This document shows positions 15,932 through 26,842 of a stretch of 39,052 nucleotides of DNA, one piece after another. The DNA comes from Planctomycetota bacterium (lineage in GTDB: Bacteria; Planctomycetota; UBA11346), in contig JBBRLJ010000047.1 of assembly GCA_038231435.1 (NCBI GenBank), forward strand, positions 1-39,052, written 5' to 3'. The notes under the pieces are model-generated. The model ran no database searches. It saw only the letters and a list, made by a program, of their open reading frames with translations, and was not told the origin of the DNA. A program made the translations under genes and the position numbers. Every line of letters starts with the position of its first letter. The stretch's first letter is position 1.

Positions 15932-17351
15932 GACGGATCCTCGGCCAGTAGGTTGCGTAGTCGAAGCTGGGGCTGTTCTCGGGATCGTGGCACCGGGTGC
16001 AGGTGGCCGGAGTCACCGGCTGCAGCGAACCGCTCGCGGGCCGTCCCGCGCCGCGCTCGGCGACATGCACCGAGCCGCGGCCATGGCACGATTCGCAGCC
16101 GACCTGGGCGAGGGCGGCGGTTGGCGCCTTGCGCCGGTAGCCGTCGCTGAGACTGAGCCCGACCACGTGGCAGCGCAGGCAGTCCGGATCGCGCTGGTAG
16201 GATTTCGCCTCGAGCGTGGCGAAGGCGCGCGCGTGGCCACTGGCCACATGGATGGTCGAGGCCTGGGCGTGACAGAAGCGGCAGGTTTGCGAGCCGACGT
16301 AATGCGCATTCGCCGCCGGCCCGCCGCTGATCGAGGTCATGCCGACCAGCCGATCGTCGATCTCGAGATCCATCGCCCCGACCGCCTCCTGGTAGGAGCG
16401 GATCAGCGCGCGCACCTCGGCGCGATCCGGGATGCGGTCGTCCACCAGCTCGAACGCGCAGCGCGCGCCGCCCCACGGCCACCAGCCGAGGGTCTTGCCA
16501 TCGTTGGCGGCGTAGACGACGCGCGCCGGCCCGACGGCGATCGCGTCCAGGCTCGGGTCATGGACATCTCCGCCGACGATCAGGGACACGCCGGGTACCG
16601 CCTTGGCCAGCGCGCGGCAGCCATCCGCGTCAAGATCGGCGATCACCACCAGGCTCGCGCCGGCGAGCTCGGGCAGCAGCGCCGACAGCGCCTCGGCCGG
16701 GTCGGATGCGATCAGGCCGTCGCTCGATGACGCCGGAGCCACCGCGGTGATGGCGAAGTCGCGGCCGCCGCGGCGCACGCGCGCGAGCTTCGCGCCCACC
16801 GGCGCGCCATCCGCCGACGTGACGTTGGCGCTCACCACCTGGATCTTGGCGCGTTCGGCGGAATCCAGCAGCCGGCGCAGTCGCTGCTGCCCGAGCCGGG
16901 TCTCGGCGGCGCCGATGCCGACCGCATCGGTGCCGATCACCGCGAGGCCGCGCAGGAAATAATCACCGCGCACGAGCTGGTAGTCGGCGGCGCCGCCGCT
17001 CCAGCCGCCGCCCTCGAGACGCAGGGTGCGCTCGGCCGGCGCGCGCGCCTGCAGGGACGCGCGCCGCACCAGGCCGCCGTGCATGCCGGCGACGCAGCCG
17101 CACGGCTCGAGCCGCGCTCCGGAATGGCTGCTCCAGCTCACGATCACCGCGTCGGAAGCGGATAGCGCCGTCGCGACCTCGGGCGGCAGCGCGGCCAAGC
17201 CGGACGCGCCTGGCTGAGCGTTTCCGCCAGCGGCGACATTGGCGATGGGAGCGCCGACGGGATCAGGTCGCGGAGCCGGGACGCGCGCGAGCTTCCACCA
17301 CGCCCCGGCGGCGACGAGCGCGACCAGCAGGATGGCGAAGGCCACGCGCAT
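15918..17351 (-). CDS. Membrane-anchored tetraheme cytochrome c (c554-like) fused to an N-terminal 5'-nucleotidase-like domain
   Basis: Four CxxCH motifs (CRFCH, CLRCH, CESCH, CTRCH) after YVGS. N-terminal TM helix. LEPCGC...GGLVRR and VVSANV resemble the UshA-like fold. Confidence 0.88.
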   Translation of the reverse strand: MRVAFAILLVALVAAGAWWKLARVPAPRPDPVGAPIANVAAGGNAQPGASGLAALPPEVATALSASDAVIVSWSSHSGARLEPCGCVAGMHGGLVRRASLQARAPAERTLRLEGGGWSGGAADYQLVRGDYFLRGLAVIGTDAVGIGAAETRLGQQRLRRLLDSAERAKIQVVSANVTSADGAPVGAKLARVRRGGRDFAITAVAPASSSDGLIASDPAEALSALLPELAGASLVVIADLDADGCRALAKAVPGVSLIVGGDVHDPSLDAIAVGPARVVYAANDGKTLGWWPWGGARCAFELVDDRIPDRAEVRALIRSYQEAVGAMDLEIDDRLVGMTSISGGPAANAHYVGSQTCRFCHAQASTIHVASGHARAFATLEAKSYQRDPDCLRCHVVGLSLSDGYRRKAPTAALAQVGCESCHGRGSVHVAERGAGRPASGSLQPVTPATCTRCHDPENSPSFDYATYWPRIRHDAR

Positions 17352-18094
17352 CAGTTGACCAGCGCGTAGACGAGGGCGTCGGCCACGATCTCTTCGGCGC
17401 TGCGGATCTCGTTGCCGCCGCAGCAGCAGCAGCCCTGGGTGTGCTCGGTGTCGTTCAGGCCCTCCTTCGAGAACAGGCAGACCAGTCGCCCATCGACGAA
17501 CACGCCCGAGAATTCGGCGGTTCCGCCGTGGCTGAGCGACGGATCGGAGACCGGGAACAGTGTCGAGAACAGCGGATGGGTCATCGGCACCGGCTGGAAG
17601 CAGTCGGCGCCGAAGATCCCGGTCAGTTCGCTCTTGAAGCTGGCGCTCCAGGCCTCGGACGAGCAGCCCGCGCTGGCGAGCAGGAAGCCCCCGCTCGAGA
17701 GGTAGCGCTTGAGCAGTTCGCGCTCGGCCGGCAGCAGGGCGAAGGCCTCGTTGCCGTTCATCACCACGAACGGCACCGACATCAGCTCGTCCTCGCGACC
17801 CATGCGGATGGCGCGCATGCGCTTCTCAGTGTTGATGCTCGCCTCGGTGGCGACGGTGGTGAGGAATCGGTCCGAGAAGCACACCGAGGTCTTGTCACCG
17901 GCGTAGATCAGGTTGCCGACCGCGACCAGGCGCTCCTCCGCCTTCAGCGCGCAGGTCGCGAACAGCACGAGCATGAGCGACATCGGGACGATCTGGAGCG
18001 CGCATCGCCGCGCCTTCTTCAACGAAAGCATTGGCGATCCGAGCATCGGAGAACCGTGCATCGACGTTCCGTGCATCGACATATCGTTCATCAT
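17351..18094 (-). CDS. DUF4159-like exported protein with CCCC motif
   Basis: ATGA overlap with GAGGAG RBS. PFVVMNG, ERELLKRYLSSGGFLLA, HPLF and DGRLVCLFS are DUF4159-like. C-terminal GCCCCGGNE. Confidence 0.8.
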   Translation of the reverse strand: MMNDMSMHGTSMHGSPMLGSPMLSLKKARRCALQIVPMSLMLVLFATCALKAEERLVAVGNLIYAGDKTSVCFSDRFLTTVATEASINTEKRMRAIRMGREDELMSVPFVVMNGNEAFALLPAERELLKRYLSSGGFLLASAGCSSEAWSASFKSELTGIFGADCFQPVPMTHPLFSTLFPVSDPSLSHGGTAEFSGVFVDGRLVCLFSKEGLNDTEHTQGCCCCGGNEIRSAEEIVADALVYALVN

Positions 18095-20799
18095 CGCTCC
18101 TCCTCGAGACGCTGGAAGTAGTCCGACACCATGCGCTCCTCGTCGGCGCCGAGGGTCGGCCGCGCCACGGCCGTGGTCGAACGCACCGCCTGGCGATGCA
18201 GCGGCCCGGCGCGGTTCTCGACCTCGCCGCCGGCCGCCATGGCCGCGACCGAACCGTTGCCATCGCCTGGGCGCTCGCCGCCCCCGGCGTCGCTCAGCGA
18301 CTCGGGCCCGTAGAGATCCATCGCCGAGCTGGGATCGCTGCTGCCGAAATCGTCGCCGCCATAGCCGAGCGCGAATCCGAGACCAGCGCTGCCGGAGCCC
18401 CCGAGTCCAAAACCGCGGGCCGCCGCCGCCGCCAGACCGTCGAGGCAACTGCCGGAGCTGGAACTGTCGCACCACGACAGGCTCAGGCGCATCCGCCCGC
18501 GCATGGCCCCCTCGCCCTGTCCGGCCTTCTGCAGGAGCGCGAGCAGGCGGTCACGGGCCTCGGCGGCGAGGCGGTGGCTCTGATCTCCCTCGCCGGCGCG
18601 CGCGGCCGCGCCGGCGCGGCGCTTGAGATCGATCGCGCCGGTGTCGGTGACCGCGCTGGCGATGACGTCGAGATCGTCGGCGTCCTGCCCCAGCGGCGAC
18701 TCGTCGCCACTGGGCGAAGCCTTGCGCATGGCGGCGGCGATGTCGAGCTCGAGCGCCAGCCAGCGTTCGATGGTGGAGGCCAGCTCCTCCTCCTGGTCGC
18801 CGAGCTCGCGCAGGCGCACGCGGTCGCTGTCGAGCAGCCGGCGGTGCTCCGCGAGCGGCTCGAGCCGCTGGGTCGTCATCTGCTCGGCGTCGATCAGCTG
18901 GCGCAGGCGTGCGAGCAGGCCCTGGGCGCGCGCCATCTGGGTGAGCTGGGCGAGGTCGGATTCGAGCATCTCGCCGACGCCGCCATCGGGCAGGCGCGAC
19001 GGATCGCCGGCGGCGGCCGCCTCCTCGAGCGCGCGCGCCTGCTCGGACAGGGTCTCCTGGATGGTGGTCTCGATCGCGAACAGCGGCTTGTCGCGGTGCA
19101 GCGAGGCGACGCGCGCGCGTAGCGCCGCGGCCTCGTGTCCGAGCTCGGCGAGGCGCTTGTCGAGCTCATCGCGCGGCATGGCCGCGGCCGTGCGCTTGAG
19201 CTCGGCGGCGCGGCTCTCGAGCTTGGCGAGCTGGCGCGCGATCTCCGCGTACTTGTCGGCGAGCACGCCCGGCTTCAGGCGCTGCATCAGGAAGCGGTTG
19301 TAGTCCTCGTCGGACACCACGCGGATGACGCGCTGCGCGAATGCGGATGACTGTCCAGCTCCGGGCAGGCTGTCGAAGGCGACCGCGCCGAACGCGATCG
19401 CATCGCCGGGATCGACGCCGAGATCCTGGAGGTCGATGGTCGCCGACCAGCGTTGGCGCAGGCCCGCCGCGCGCTGGACCAGGCTCGGGGCGCCCAGCCC
19501 GTTGTGCTCGCGCACCTTCTCGATGCGCGCGAGCCCCAGGTCGTCATCGCATTCGGCGATGAACGGGATGGACATGCCGGCGGTGGCGATGACGTCGTGC
19601 GCGGGATTCACGATCGTCACCCGCGGCGGCTGGTCGACTCGCGCCGTGATCGCGAGCATCGGCAGCGGTTCGCCGATCGCGCCGTCGGCCGCTTCGAGCG
19701 CGATAGCGTAGGCGCCTGGACGCGGATCCGGCAGCAGCGCCGCGCCGTCGACGAGCGGCACGCGCTCGGCCGGCTCGTCGCCGTGTCGCAGCCGCACCGC
19801 CGCCAGGGCGCGGTTGGCGGTAGGCGCGAGCAGCACGCGGCTGCCGGGAAGGACGGCGACGCTGGCCTGTCCGCCCGGCTTCACGCGCATCCGCTCGGGT
19901 TCGAGACGCGCGTAGGTGGGAGCTTCGACACGCACGTCGAGCAGCGACAGCACCGGCACGGGATCCGGGACAAGCGTCTTGAAGGAGGTGCGCGTCCCCC
20001 CCGCCTCGGCCCACACCAGAGTCTCCGCTTCTCCGACGTCGAGGTCCGCGGCCCAGCGGCTCGCGCCGATCTGGAACATCGGCAGCGAGCGCTCGCGGGC
20101 TCCTGCCCGGGTGCGCAGCACCACATCGCGTGGCGCCCGGCCGGAGACCACCACCTCGAAGCGCGCGATGGAGGCCGGACGCGCGCGCCCGGGCGCCGCA
20201 CCCCATGCGATCGCGGTCAGGCTGAACGGTGGATGGTCGCCATGCGGATCGCTGAAGCGGTGCCATTCCAGGCGCCACAGGTCTGGCAGGAGCAGGTGCA
20301 CCGCCACGCCGGAGAGCGCGATCGCAGCTGCGACCGCCAGCAGACCGCGCGCGCGCCCGACAGACAGCGATCCAGGCGGCGAGGCGGGCAGCCCAGACGC
20401 GAAATGGGCCGCGCCGGCTCGCGCCAGCTCGCCGTGCATCGCCGAAAGCTCGAGCGCGGTCGACAGCCGGCGCTCGCTATCACCGGTGGCCTGCTCGGCC
20501 ATGCGGGTCGCGGCGGCGCGCGTCGGTGCCAGGCGCGGGGCAGAGAACGCGATCGCGAGCAGCGACAACGCCCCCAGCGCCAAGGCGCCGGCACCGAGCG
20601 AGCGGCGACTGCCCTCGCCGAGACCCGCGAGCGCGTCGGCGGTCGCGAGACCCAGCGCCAGGCCCAAGGCCAGCACCACGCAAGCCGCGAGCGCGGCGCG
20701 CACGCGGCGCGCACGTACCGCGCGGCGCGTGGCATCCACCAGCGTCAGCGCCGGCGATGTCGCGGATGGATGGTTCGGCGAGGGTTCAGACGACGCCAT
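18091..20799 (-). CDS. Membrane protein with Ig-like and coiled-coil regions (DUF4175-like, typical of MoxR/vWA operons)
   Basis: N-terminal TM helices, RLSTALEL, EAPTYARL, DQPPRV, DDLGL, long helical C-terminus ending VSDYFQRL. Confidence 0.7.
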   Translation of the reverse strand: MASSEPSPNHPSATSPALTLVDATRRAVRARRVRAALAACVVLALGLALGLATADALAGLGEGSRRSLGAGALALGALSLLAIAFSAPRLAPTRAAATRMAEQATGDSERRLSTALELSAMHGELARAGAAHFASGLPASPPGSLSVGRARGLLAVAAAIALSGVAVHLLLPDLWRLEWHRFSDPHGDHPPFSLTAIAWGAAPGRARPASIARFEVVVSGRAPRDVVLRTRAGARERSLPMFQIGASRWAADLDVGEAETLVWAEAGGTRTSFKTLVPDPVPVLSLLDVRVEAPTYARLEPERMRVKPGGQASVAVLPGSRVLLAPTANRALAAVRLRHGDEPAERVPLVDGAALLPDPRPGAYAIALEAADGAIGEPLPMLAITARVDQPPRVTIVNPAHDVIATAGMSIPFIAECDDDLGLARIEKVREHNGLGAPSLVQRAAGLRQRWSATIDLQDLGVDPGDAIAFGAVAFDSLPGAGQSSAFAQRVIRVVSDEDYNRFLMQRLKPGVLADKYAEIARQLAKLESRAAELKRTAAAMPRDELDKRLAELGHEAAALRARVASLHRDKPLFAIETTIQETLSEQARALEEAAAAGDPSRLPDGGVGEMLESDLAQLTQMARAQGLLARLRQLIDAEQMTTQRLEPLAEHRRLLDSDRVRLRELGDQEEELASTIERWLALELDIAAAMRKASPSGDESPLGQDADDLDVIASAVTDTGAIDLKRRAGAAARAGEGDQSHRLAAEARDRLLALLQKAGQGEGAMRGRMRLSLSWCDSSSSGSCLDGLAAAAARGFGLGGSGSAGLGFALGYGGDDFGSSDPSSAMDLYGPESLSDAGGGERPGDGNGSVAAMAAGGEVENRAGPLHRQAVRSTTAVARPTLGADEERMVSDYFQRLEEER

Positions 20800-22870
20800 G
20801 ACGCCTCCTGCGCAGCCACCACTCTGAACACAGGCACGCCGCCAGCACTGGCATCCACCAGGCGTGGGTTATCAGCTGCTCGGTGCGCGGCGCCTCGATC
20901 TGCAGATCCGCGCGACGCGCGAGGCGCGCTCCGAGATCGAGCGCCGCCGCGGCGTCGATCAGCTCGCCGCCAGTCGCCGCCGCCAGGCGCGCGAGTCGGT
21001 CGTCGCGACGCGGCAGATCGGCGATCTCGCGCACGTCCGCATCGACCACCAGGGTGGCGGTCGCGCCACTGCGCGTGAGGCGGTAGAGGCCCGGCTCGGG
21101 CAGCGCGATCAGCGCCACGCCCGCGACTGCTGAAACCGACGATTCCCGGCCATCCGGTCCACGCACCGACACCGCGGCGGTGCCGTTCGCCAACGCCACC
21201 GTCGCCTGCATGCCGGCACGGTAACGGGGACGGTCTGGCCGGAGCGGCTCCTCACCGTTGCGCGCCACCGCCTTGACCAACTGCCGCCAGAAGCGTTCGG
21301 CGACCTCGACCTGTCCCTGCAGGCCCCAACGCCACAGACCTTCGGCGTTCACCGCGACCACGTGACCGGCGCCATGACGGATCGCGGCGACCGCAGGGTG
21401 GAGCTCGTCGCCCAGCAGCACCTCGGCCAGCGGACGCAGGCCATCGGACGCGCCGACCGACACCGGCGCGAGCTTGACGCCCTCGGCCGGCAGCAGCGCG
21501 AGCCGCAGGCCGGCGAGCGCCAGGACCGGCGGCATGGAGGCGGGTTCGCCACGACGATGCAAGACCGGATCCAGCGCCGCGAGCGTCTCGTCGCGCAAGC
21601 CCAGCCCGAGCATCACCAATCCACCGCCGCCAGCGACGTACGAGCGCAATTCGGCCAGCGCGGCCGGGGCCATCAGCCGCTCCACTTCGGCGCCCAGGAT
21701 GATCACGTCGGCCGCGGCGAACATCTTGCCGTCGATGGCTGTTTCCGTCGAGGATGGAGCGTCGGCGGCGGCGGGCCTTGGCTCTCCCGTGTCGCCGGCA
21801 TCGCTCGCATCACCCGAGCGCAGCGTGCGTGCGCCCACCTTCTGCAAGGTCACCGCTCCGAGTTGGCGGTCGCGCCGCAGCGCGCGCACGGCGCAAGCCG
21901 AATCCCAGTATGGCTGGCCTTCGAGCAGCAGCACCCGCAGCTTGCGATCAATCACCCGTACCTCGGCGTACGAGACGTCGTCCTCGACCGTGGCCTCGTC
22001 AGGAAGCGGCGTCAGGCGCGCGCGATAGAGACGCTCGCCCGGAATGTCGCCGACCGCGACCACCGCCTCGACCCTGGTTTCGGCGGCGAGGATCAGCGTG
22101 CGTTGGACGAGCAGCGCACCGCGCGGGCTCTTGCCGGCGGTTCCACCGGTGGGCTTGCCCGCCGACTCGTCCACGGACTCATCCTCCGACTCGATGATCA
22201 GCTGCGCCTGCCTGCCCACCAAGTCGGGACTGGCGGTGACGATGGCGGTCAGGCCCATGTCCTGGCCGGGGAAGGCGCTGGTCGACGCGGCCTCGAGGCG
22301 CACGGCGGCGTTGGTGGCCGCGCGGATGCTGCCGACGCCAACACAGAAGACCGGCACGCGCGCCGCCGCGAGCGCCGCATCGGGCGGCGTCGGGCCGCGA
22401 TCGCCGCCATCGGAAGCGAGCACGATCGCCATCGGCGGATGTTCGGCCGCCGCGAGCGCCGCCATGCCATCGTAGGCGGTGCCATCTCCGGGCTGGGCCG
22501 GACTCGCCGGTCGGCCCGGGACGAGTCCCGCTGAGAGGCCCATCCATTCGACGCGGTAGCGCGGACCAGCCTGCTCGCCGATGCGCGCAAGCGCTGCGGA
22601 TGCGGCCGCGAAACGCGTGGCTGCGCCGTCCGCGTCGGCGGCGCCCATGCTCGCCGACGCGTCGAGCAGCATCACCAGGCGCGCCGGCTCATGTTCGTGG
22701 TCGACCAGCAGGCGCACCGGCTCGAGCAGGAACAGCGCGATCAACGCCAGCGCCAGCACGCGCGGCAGCAGCGGCCAAGCCGGGCGCCGGTAGGCCCACG
22801 CCGTGGATCCCGCCATCGCCAGCACGGCGAGCAGCACCAGCCAACCGGGCAGCAGCGGAGCGAAGCTCAT
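20786..22870 (-). CDS. vWA-domain membrane protein with glutamine amidotransferase-like domain
   Basis: N-terminal TM helices, MIDAS DASASM, SDG, VLLLEGQP, YVAGGGGLVMLG, LWRW/FWRQL, C-terminal EWWLRRR. ATGA overlap at 22867-22870. Confidence 0.82.
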   Translation of the reverse strand: MSFAPLLPGWLVLLAVLAMAGSTAWAYRRPAWPLLPRVLALALIALFLLEPVRLLVDHEHEPARLVMLLDASASMGAADADGAATRFAAASAALARIGEQAGPRYRVEWMGLSAGLVPGRPASPAQPGDGTAYDGMAALAAAEHPPMAIVLASDGGDRGPTPPDAALAAARVPVFCVGVGSIRAATNAAVRLEAASTSAFPGQDMGLTAIVTASPDLVGRQAQLIIESEDESVDESAGKPTGGTAGKSPRGALLVQRTLILAAETRVEAVVAVGDIPGERLYRARLTPLPDEATVEDDVSYAEVRVIDRKLRVLLLEGQPYWDSACAVRALRRDRQLGAVTLQKVGARTLRSGDASDAGDTGEPRPAAADAPSSTETAIDGKMFAAADVIILGAEVERLMAPAALAELRSYVAGGGGLVMLGLGLRDETLAALDPVLHRRGEPASMPPVLALAGLRLALLPAEGVKLAPVSVGASDGLRPLAEVLLGDELHPAVAAIRHGAGHVVAVNAEGLWRWGLQGQVEVAERFWRQLVKAVARNGEEPLRPDRPRYRAGMQATVALANGTAAVSVRGPDGRESSVSAVAGVALIALPEPGLYRLTRSGATATLVVDADVREIADLPRRDDRLARLAAATGGELIDAAAALDLGARLARRADLQIEAPRTEQLITHAWWMPVLAACLCSEWWLRRRRHGVV

Positions 22871-24828
22871 GCGGATCTCCGCGCGCCGCCGGCGAGCCAG
22901 GACTCGCCCACGAGCGCGAGCGCGGCCAGCACCAGCAACCATGGCCAGGCGGGAGATTCGCCGCTCGCGGAAGTTGCGCGATCGACCGACTCGGCGCTCA
23001 GATGCACGAGCGCGGGGTCGAGCCGGCGCAGATCGCTCTCGGGAGCTGGTACCGCGGCCGCGACCAAGCCGCCGCCGGACAACCGGTACAATCCGGGCCT
23101 GGCGAGGCGCGCCTGGCCATCGATCACCGCCACCGGCGCATCCGCGGCGGCGCCGTCAGCGCCGATGTAGGCGATGCCCGCCGCCACCGGCAGCGCCGCG
23201 CCCGCCTCGCGCGCGAGCTCGGCCGCGCGCGCCGGCAAGAGCGCCAGCGGCAGTCGCGCGACCAGCATCGCCAGCACGCTGCTGCGCGACAGGGTGCTGT
23301 CGATCGCGGCGCTCGAGCAGTTCAATTCCAGCCAGCGACCGGATCCCACCGGCCGCTCTGCCAGGGCCAGGGATCCATCGGCGTAGGCGAGCAGCGGCAC
23401 GGCGTCGGCGGCCGGACCTCCGGGCGTCAGGCGGTAGCGGTACGACACGACCTCGCCGAGCAGGCTCTCGCGGCCGACGAATCCCGCGAGCAGTGGATGA
23501 TCGAGGCGCGCCTGCCCGAGCCCCATCGAGCCGCGCTCCTGCTCGCTGACATCGATGCGTGGCCCGCAGGCGAACGGTGGCGCGATCGGAGCGAGCGCCG
23601 TGGCGATGGCCGCGTCGCCATCGCCGACGATGACCTGCACCCAGGCCCCGCCAGCCTGCAGGTGCGCGCGCACCGCGGGCGCGGCCGCCGCAGCGTCAGC
23701 GATCCCCGCGGTGACCAGGATATCCGAGCGGCGCTCTTCGGCGGCGAGGCCGGCGCCATCCGTCGAGCGCACGTCCAATCCGGCCGCACCCAGGGCCGCG
23801 GCGAGCGGGCGTATGGCGCCGGCGGCATCGTTGCGGTCGCCATCCCCGACCACCAGCGCGCGCAGCGACGAGACCACCTCGATGGCACCGCAGCGCCGAT
23901 CATCGTCGGCCAGCGCATCGCCGCTCGGCACCTCGGCCGATACCGCCAGGAAACCGACGGACTCCGGCGTCAGCTGGCAGGAGACCGTGCTCGAACCGCC
24001 GGCCGGCACGTGCACGTCCAGGAGCGTGGCGTGGCTGCCGACCTGCAGGCGCACGCGGGTGTCGATCGCGCTCGGTCCGTAGTCCGCCACCCGCGCCTGC
24101 ACGGTGAGGGGCCTGCCTGCGATGGCCACGCCGGGCTCGCATGACAGGCCGACCACCGCCACGTTCGCGCCGCCCCCTCCCGCATCGACGAGATGGAACG
24201 AGACCGTCTTCGGCAACGCCGCCGGATCGATGCCGCCGAGGCTGCCGCGCGCGAGATCGGTGACGAAATAGAGGTCGCCATCATCGCCGAGCATGGCCAC
24301 GGCCGCGGCGATGGCCTCGCCGGCGCCGCCGTCGCCGGCACCCGGCTCGCTCTCGGCGAGCAGCGCCAGCGCCGCGCCCAATTCCGCCACCGGCCTGGGC
24401 GACGAGCGCCGCGCGGGATTGGCGGCAATCACCACCGCGCGCGGACGCGCGCGCAGGGATTCGAGCAGCCGTCCGGCCGCGGAGCGCGCGCGGCTCCAGG
24501 AGCTGCCGTCGGCGCCGGCCTGACGCATCGAGGCCGAGCCATCGACCACCACCACCGCCGGACGCCCGGCGGTGGACGACCACGAGCCGTGCACCAGCGC
24601 GCCCGCGGCAGCCAACGCGCACGCGGCGATGGCGATGGTGCGCAGCGACAGCACCGCGCGTTCGCGCAACCGCGACAGGCGCGCGCGGCCGGCCTGCACC
24701 CGTGCCAGCAGCGCCAAGGCCGGGAACGGCCTGACCTGCGCCCGCCGCCGGGTCAGCAGATGGACCACCGGCGGGGCCGCGGCGATGGCGAGCAGGCCGA
24801 GCGCGGCCGGAACCAGGAACGTGATCAT
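22867..24828 (-). CDS. BatA-domain / vWA membrane protein
   Basis: BatA N-terminus MITFLVP..L.LLAI..PPVVHLL.RRR...PFPAL.LL, MIDAS DGSASM, TD motif, ESDL and a C-terminal TM helix WPWLL...ESWL. Confidence 0.87.
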   Translation of the reverse strand: MITFLVPAALGLLAIAAAPPVVHLLTRRRAQVRPFPALALLARVQAGRARLSRLRERAVLSLRTIAIAACALAAAGALVHGSWSSTAGRPAVVVVDGSASMRQAGADGSSWSRARSAAGRLLESLRARPRAVVIAANPARRSSPRPVAELGAALALLAESEPGAGDGGAGEAIAAAVAMLGDDGDLYFVTDLARGSLGGIDPAALPKTVSFHLVDAGGGGANVAVVGLSCEPGVAIAGRPLTVQARVADYGPSAIDTRVRLQVGSHATLLDVHVPAGGSSTVSCQLTPESVGFLAVSAEVPSGDALADDDRRCGAIEVVSSLRALVVGDGDRNDAAGAIRPLAAALGAAGLDVRSTDGAGLAAEERRSDILVTAGIADAAAAAPAVRAHLQAGGAWVQVIVGDGDAAIATALAPIAPPFACGPRIDVSEQERGSMGLGQARLDHPLLAGFVGRESLLGEVVSYRYRLTPGGPAADAVPLLAYADGSLALAERPVGSGRWLELNCSSAAIDSTLSRSSVLAMLVARLPLALLPARAAELAREAGAALPVAAGIAYIGADGAAADAPVAVIDGQARLARPGLYRLSGGGLVAAAVPAPESDLRRLDPALVHLSAESVDRATSASGESPAWPWLLVLAALALVGESWLAGGARRSA

Positions 24829-25706
24829 CGCCGCGCCCGGCGATGCAGCCATCGCCCGAGGATCTCGCTCGGTTCCTGGTCGGTGACCACCGCGACGTGC
24901 TCGGCGCGCGCGCCCGCTAGTGCGCGGGCGCAGCGCTCGCGATGCTCGGCCATGGCGCGGTCGTACGCCACCTTGGTCTGCGCGGCGTCGCAGCTGATCG
25001 GCGCGTGCGCGCTCTCGGGATCGGACAGAGAGACCAGGCCCCACGACGCGGGGAGCTCGACCTCGGAACGATCCAGGATGTGCAGGCCCACGAGCTCGTG
25101 GCCACGCGCGGCCAGCACGCCCGCCTGCCGCGCCAGCTCCAGCGGATCGCCAAGCAAGTCGCTCATCAGCACCACCAGCGAGCGGCGCTCGAGCCGGCGC
25201 GCGATCTCTGCGAGCAGGTCGGCGGCGCTCGCGGCGCCAGACCAGCGCAGCTCGGACAGCTCTGCGCACAGTGCGTTGGCGCCGGGCGAACCGGACAGCT
25301 CGGCCGTCCAGCGCGCGGCGCCGTCGCGCGCGGCGCACACGCGCACGCGGTCGCCTTGGTCGATCGCCAGCATGCCGAGCGCGGCGCTGGCGATGGCTGC
25401 CCAGGCGGATTTTTCCGGGGATCCGTACGCCATGCTCGCGGAGGTGTCGATCGCCAGCATCAGCGGCAGATCGCGCTCCTCGCGATAGCGCCGCACCAGC
25501 AGGTGATCGCTGCGCGCGTACGCGCGCCAGTCGATCGAGCGCAGGTCGTCGCCTGGCGCGTAGGGCCGGTGGTCGGCGAACTCGGTGGCGGGACCGAGAT
25601 ACGGCGAGCGATGGCGGCCCGCGTAGAGTCCCTCGACCACGCGGCGCGCGGTCAGCTCCAGGGCACCCGAGCGCGCCAGGCGCGGCACATCGGGGATGCT
25701 GATCAT
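24825..25706 (-). CDS. DUF58 domain protein
   Basis: GRHRSPYLG..EFADHRPYAPGDDLRSIDWRAYAR, DTSASM and VVLMSD. Confidence 0.93.
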   Translation of the reverse strand: MISIPDVPRLARSGALELTARRVVEGLYAGRHRSPYLGPATEFADHRPYAPGDDLRSIDWRAYARSDHLLVRRYREERDLPLMLAIDTSASMAYGSPEKSAWAAIASAALGMLAIDQGDRVRVCAARDGAARWTAELSGSPGANALCAELSELRWSGAASAADLLAEIARRLERRSLVVLMSDLLGDPLELARQAGVLAARGHELVGLHILDRSEVELPASWGLVSLSDPESAHAPISCDAAQTKVAYDRAMAEHRERCARALAGARAEHVAVVTDQEPSEILGRWLHRRARR

Positions 25707-25722
25707 GTCGCGGCGTGGCCGA

Positions 25723-26700
<978 letters not shown>

Positions 26701-26842
26701 ACAGTCTCCTTGACGAGGACGGGAATCGGGCACGGCGACGACATGTTCAACGGCTGAAGGCGAGGATGGTTCCCTGGAGCTTTCCCCTGGAGATACACCG
26801 AGGCTCTCTCGAGCTCTCCCGAGGTTTCTCGAGGATGGTGGA

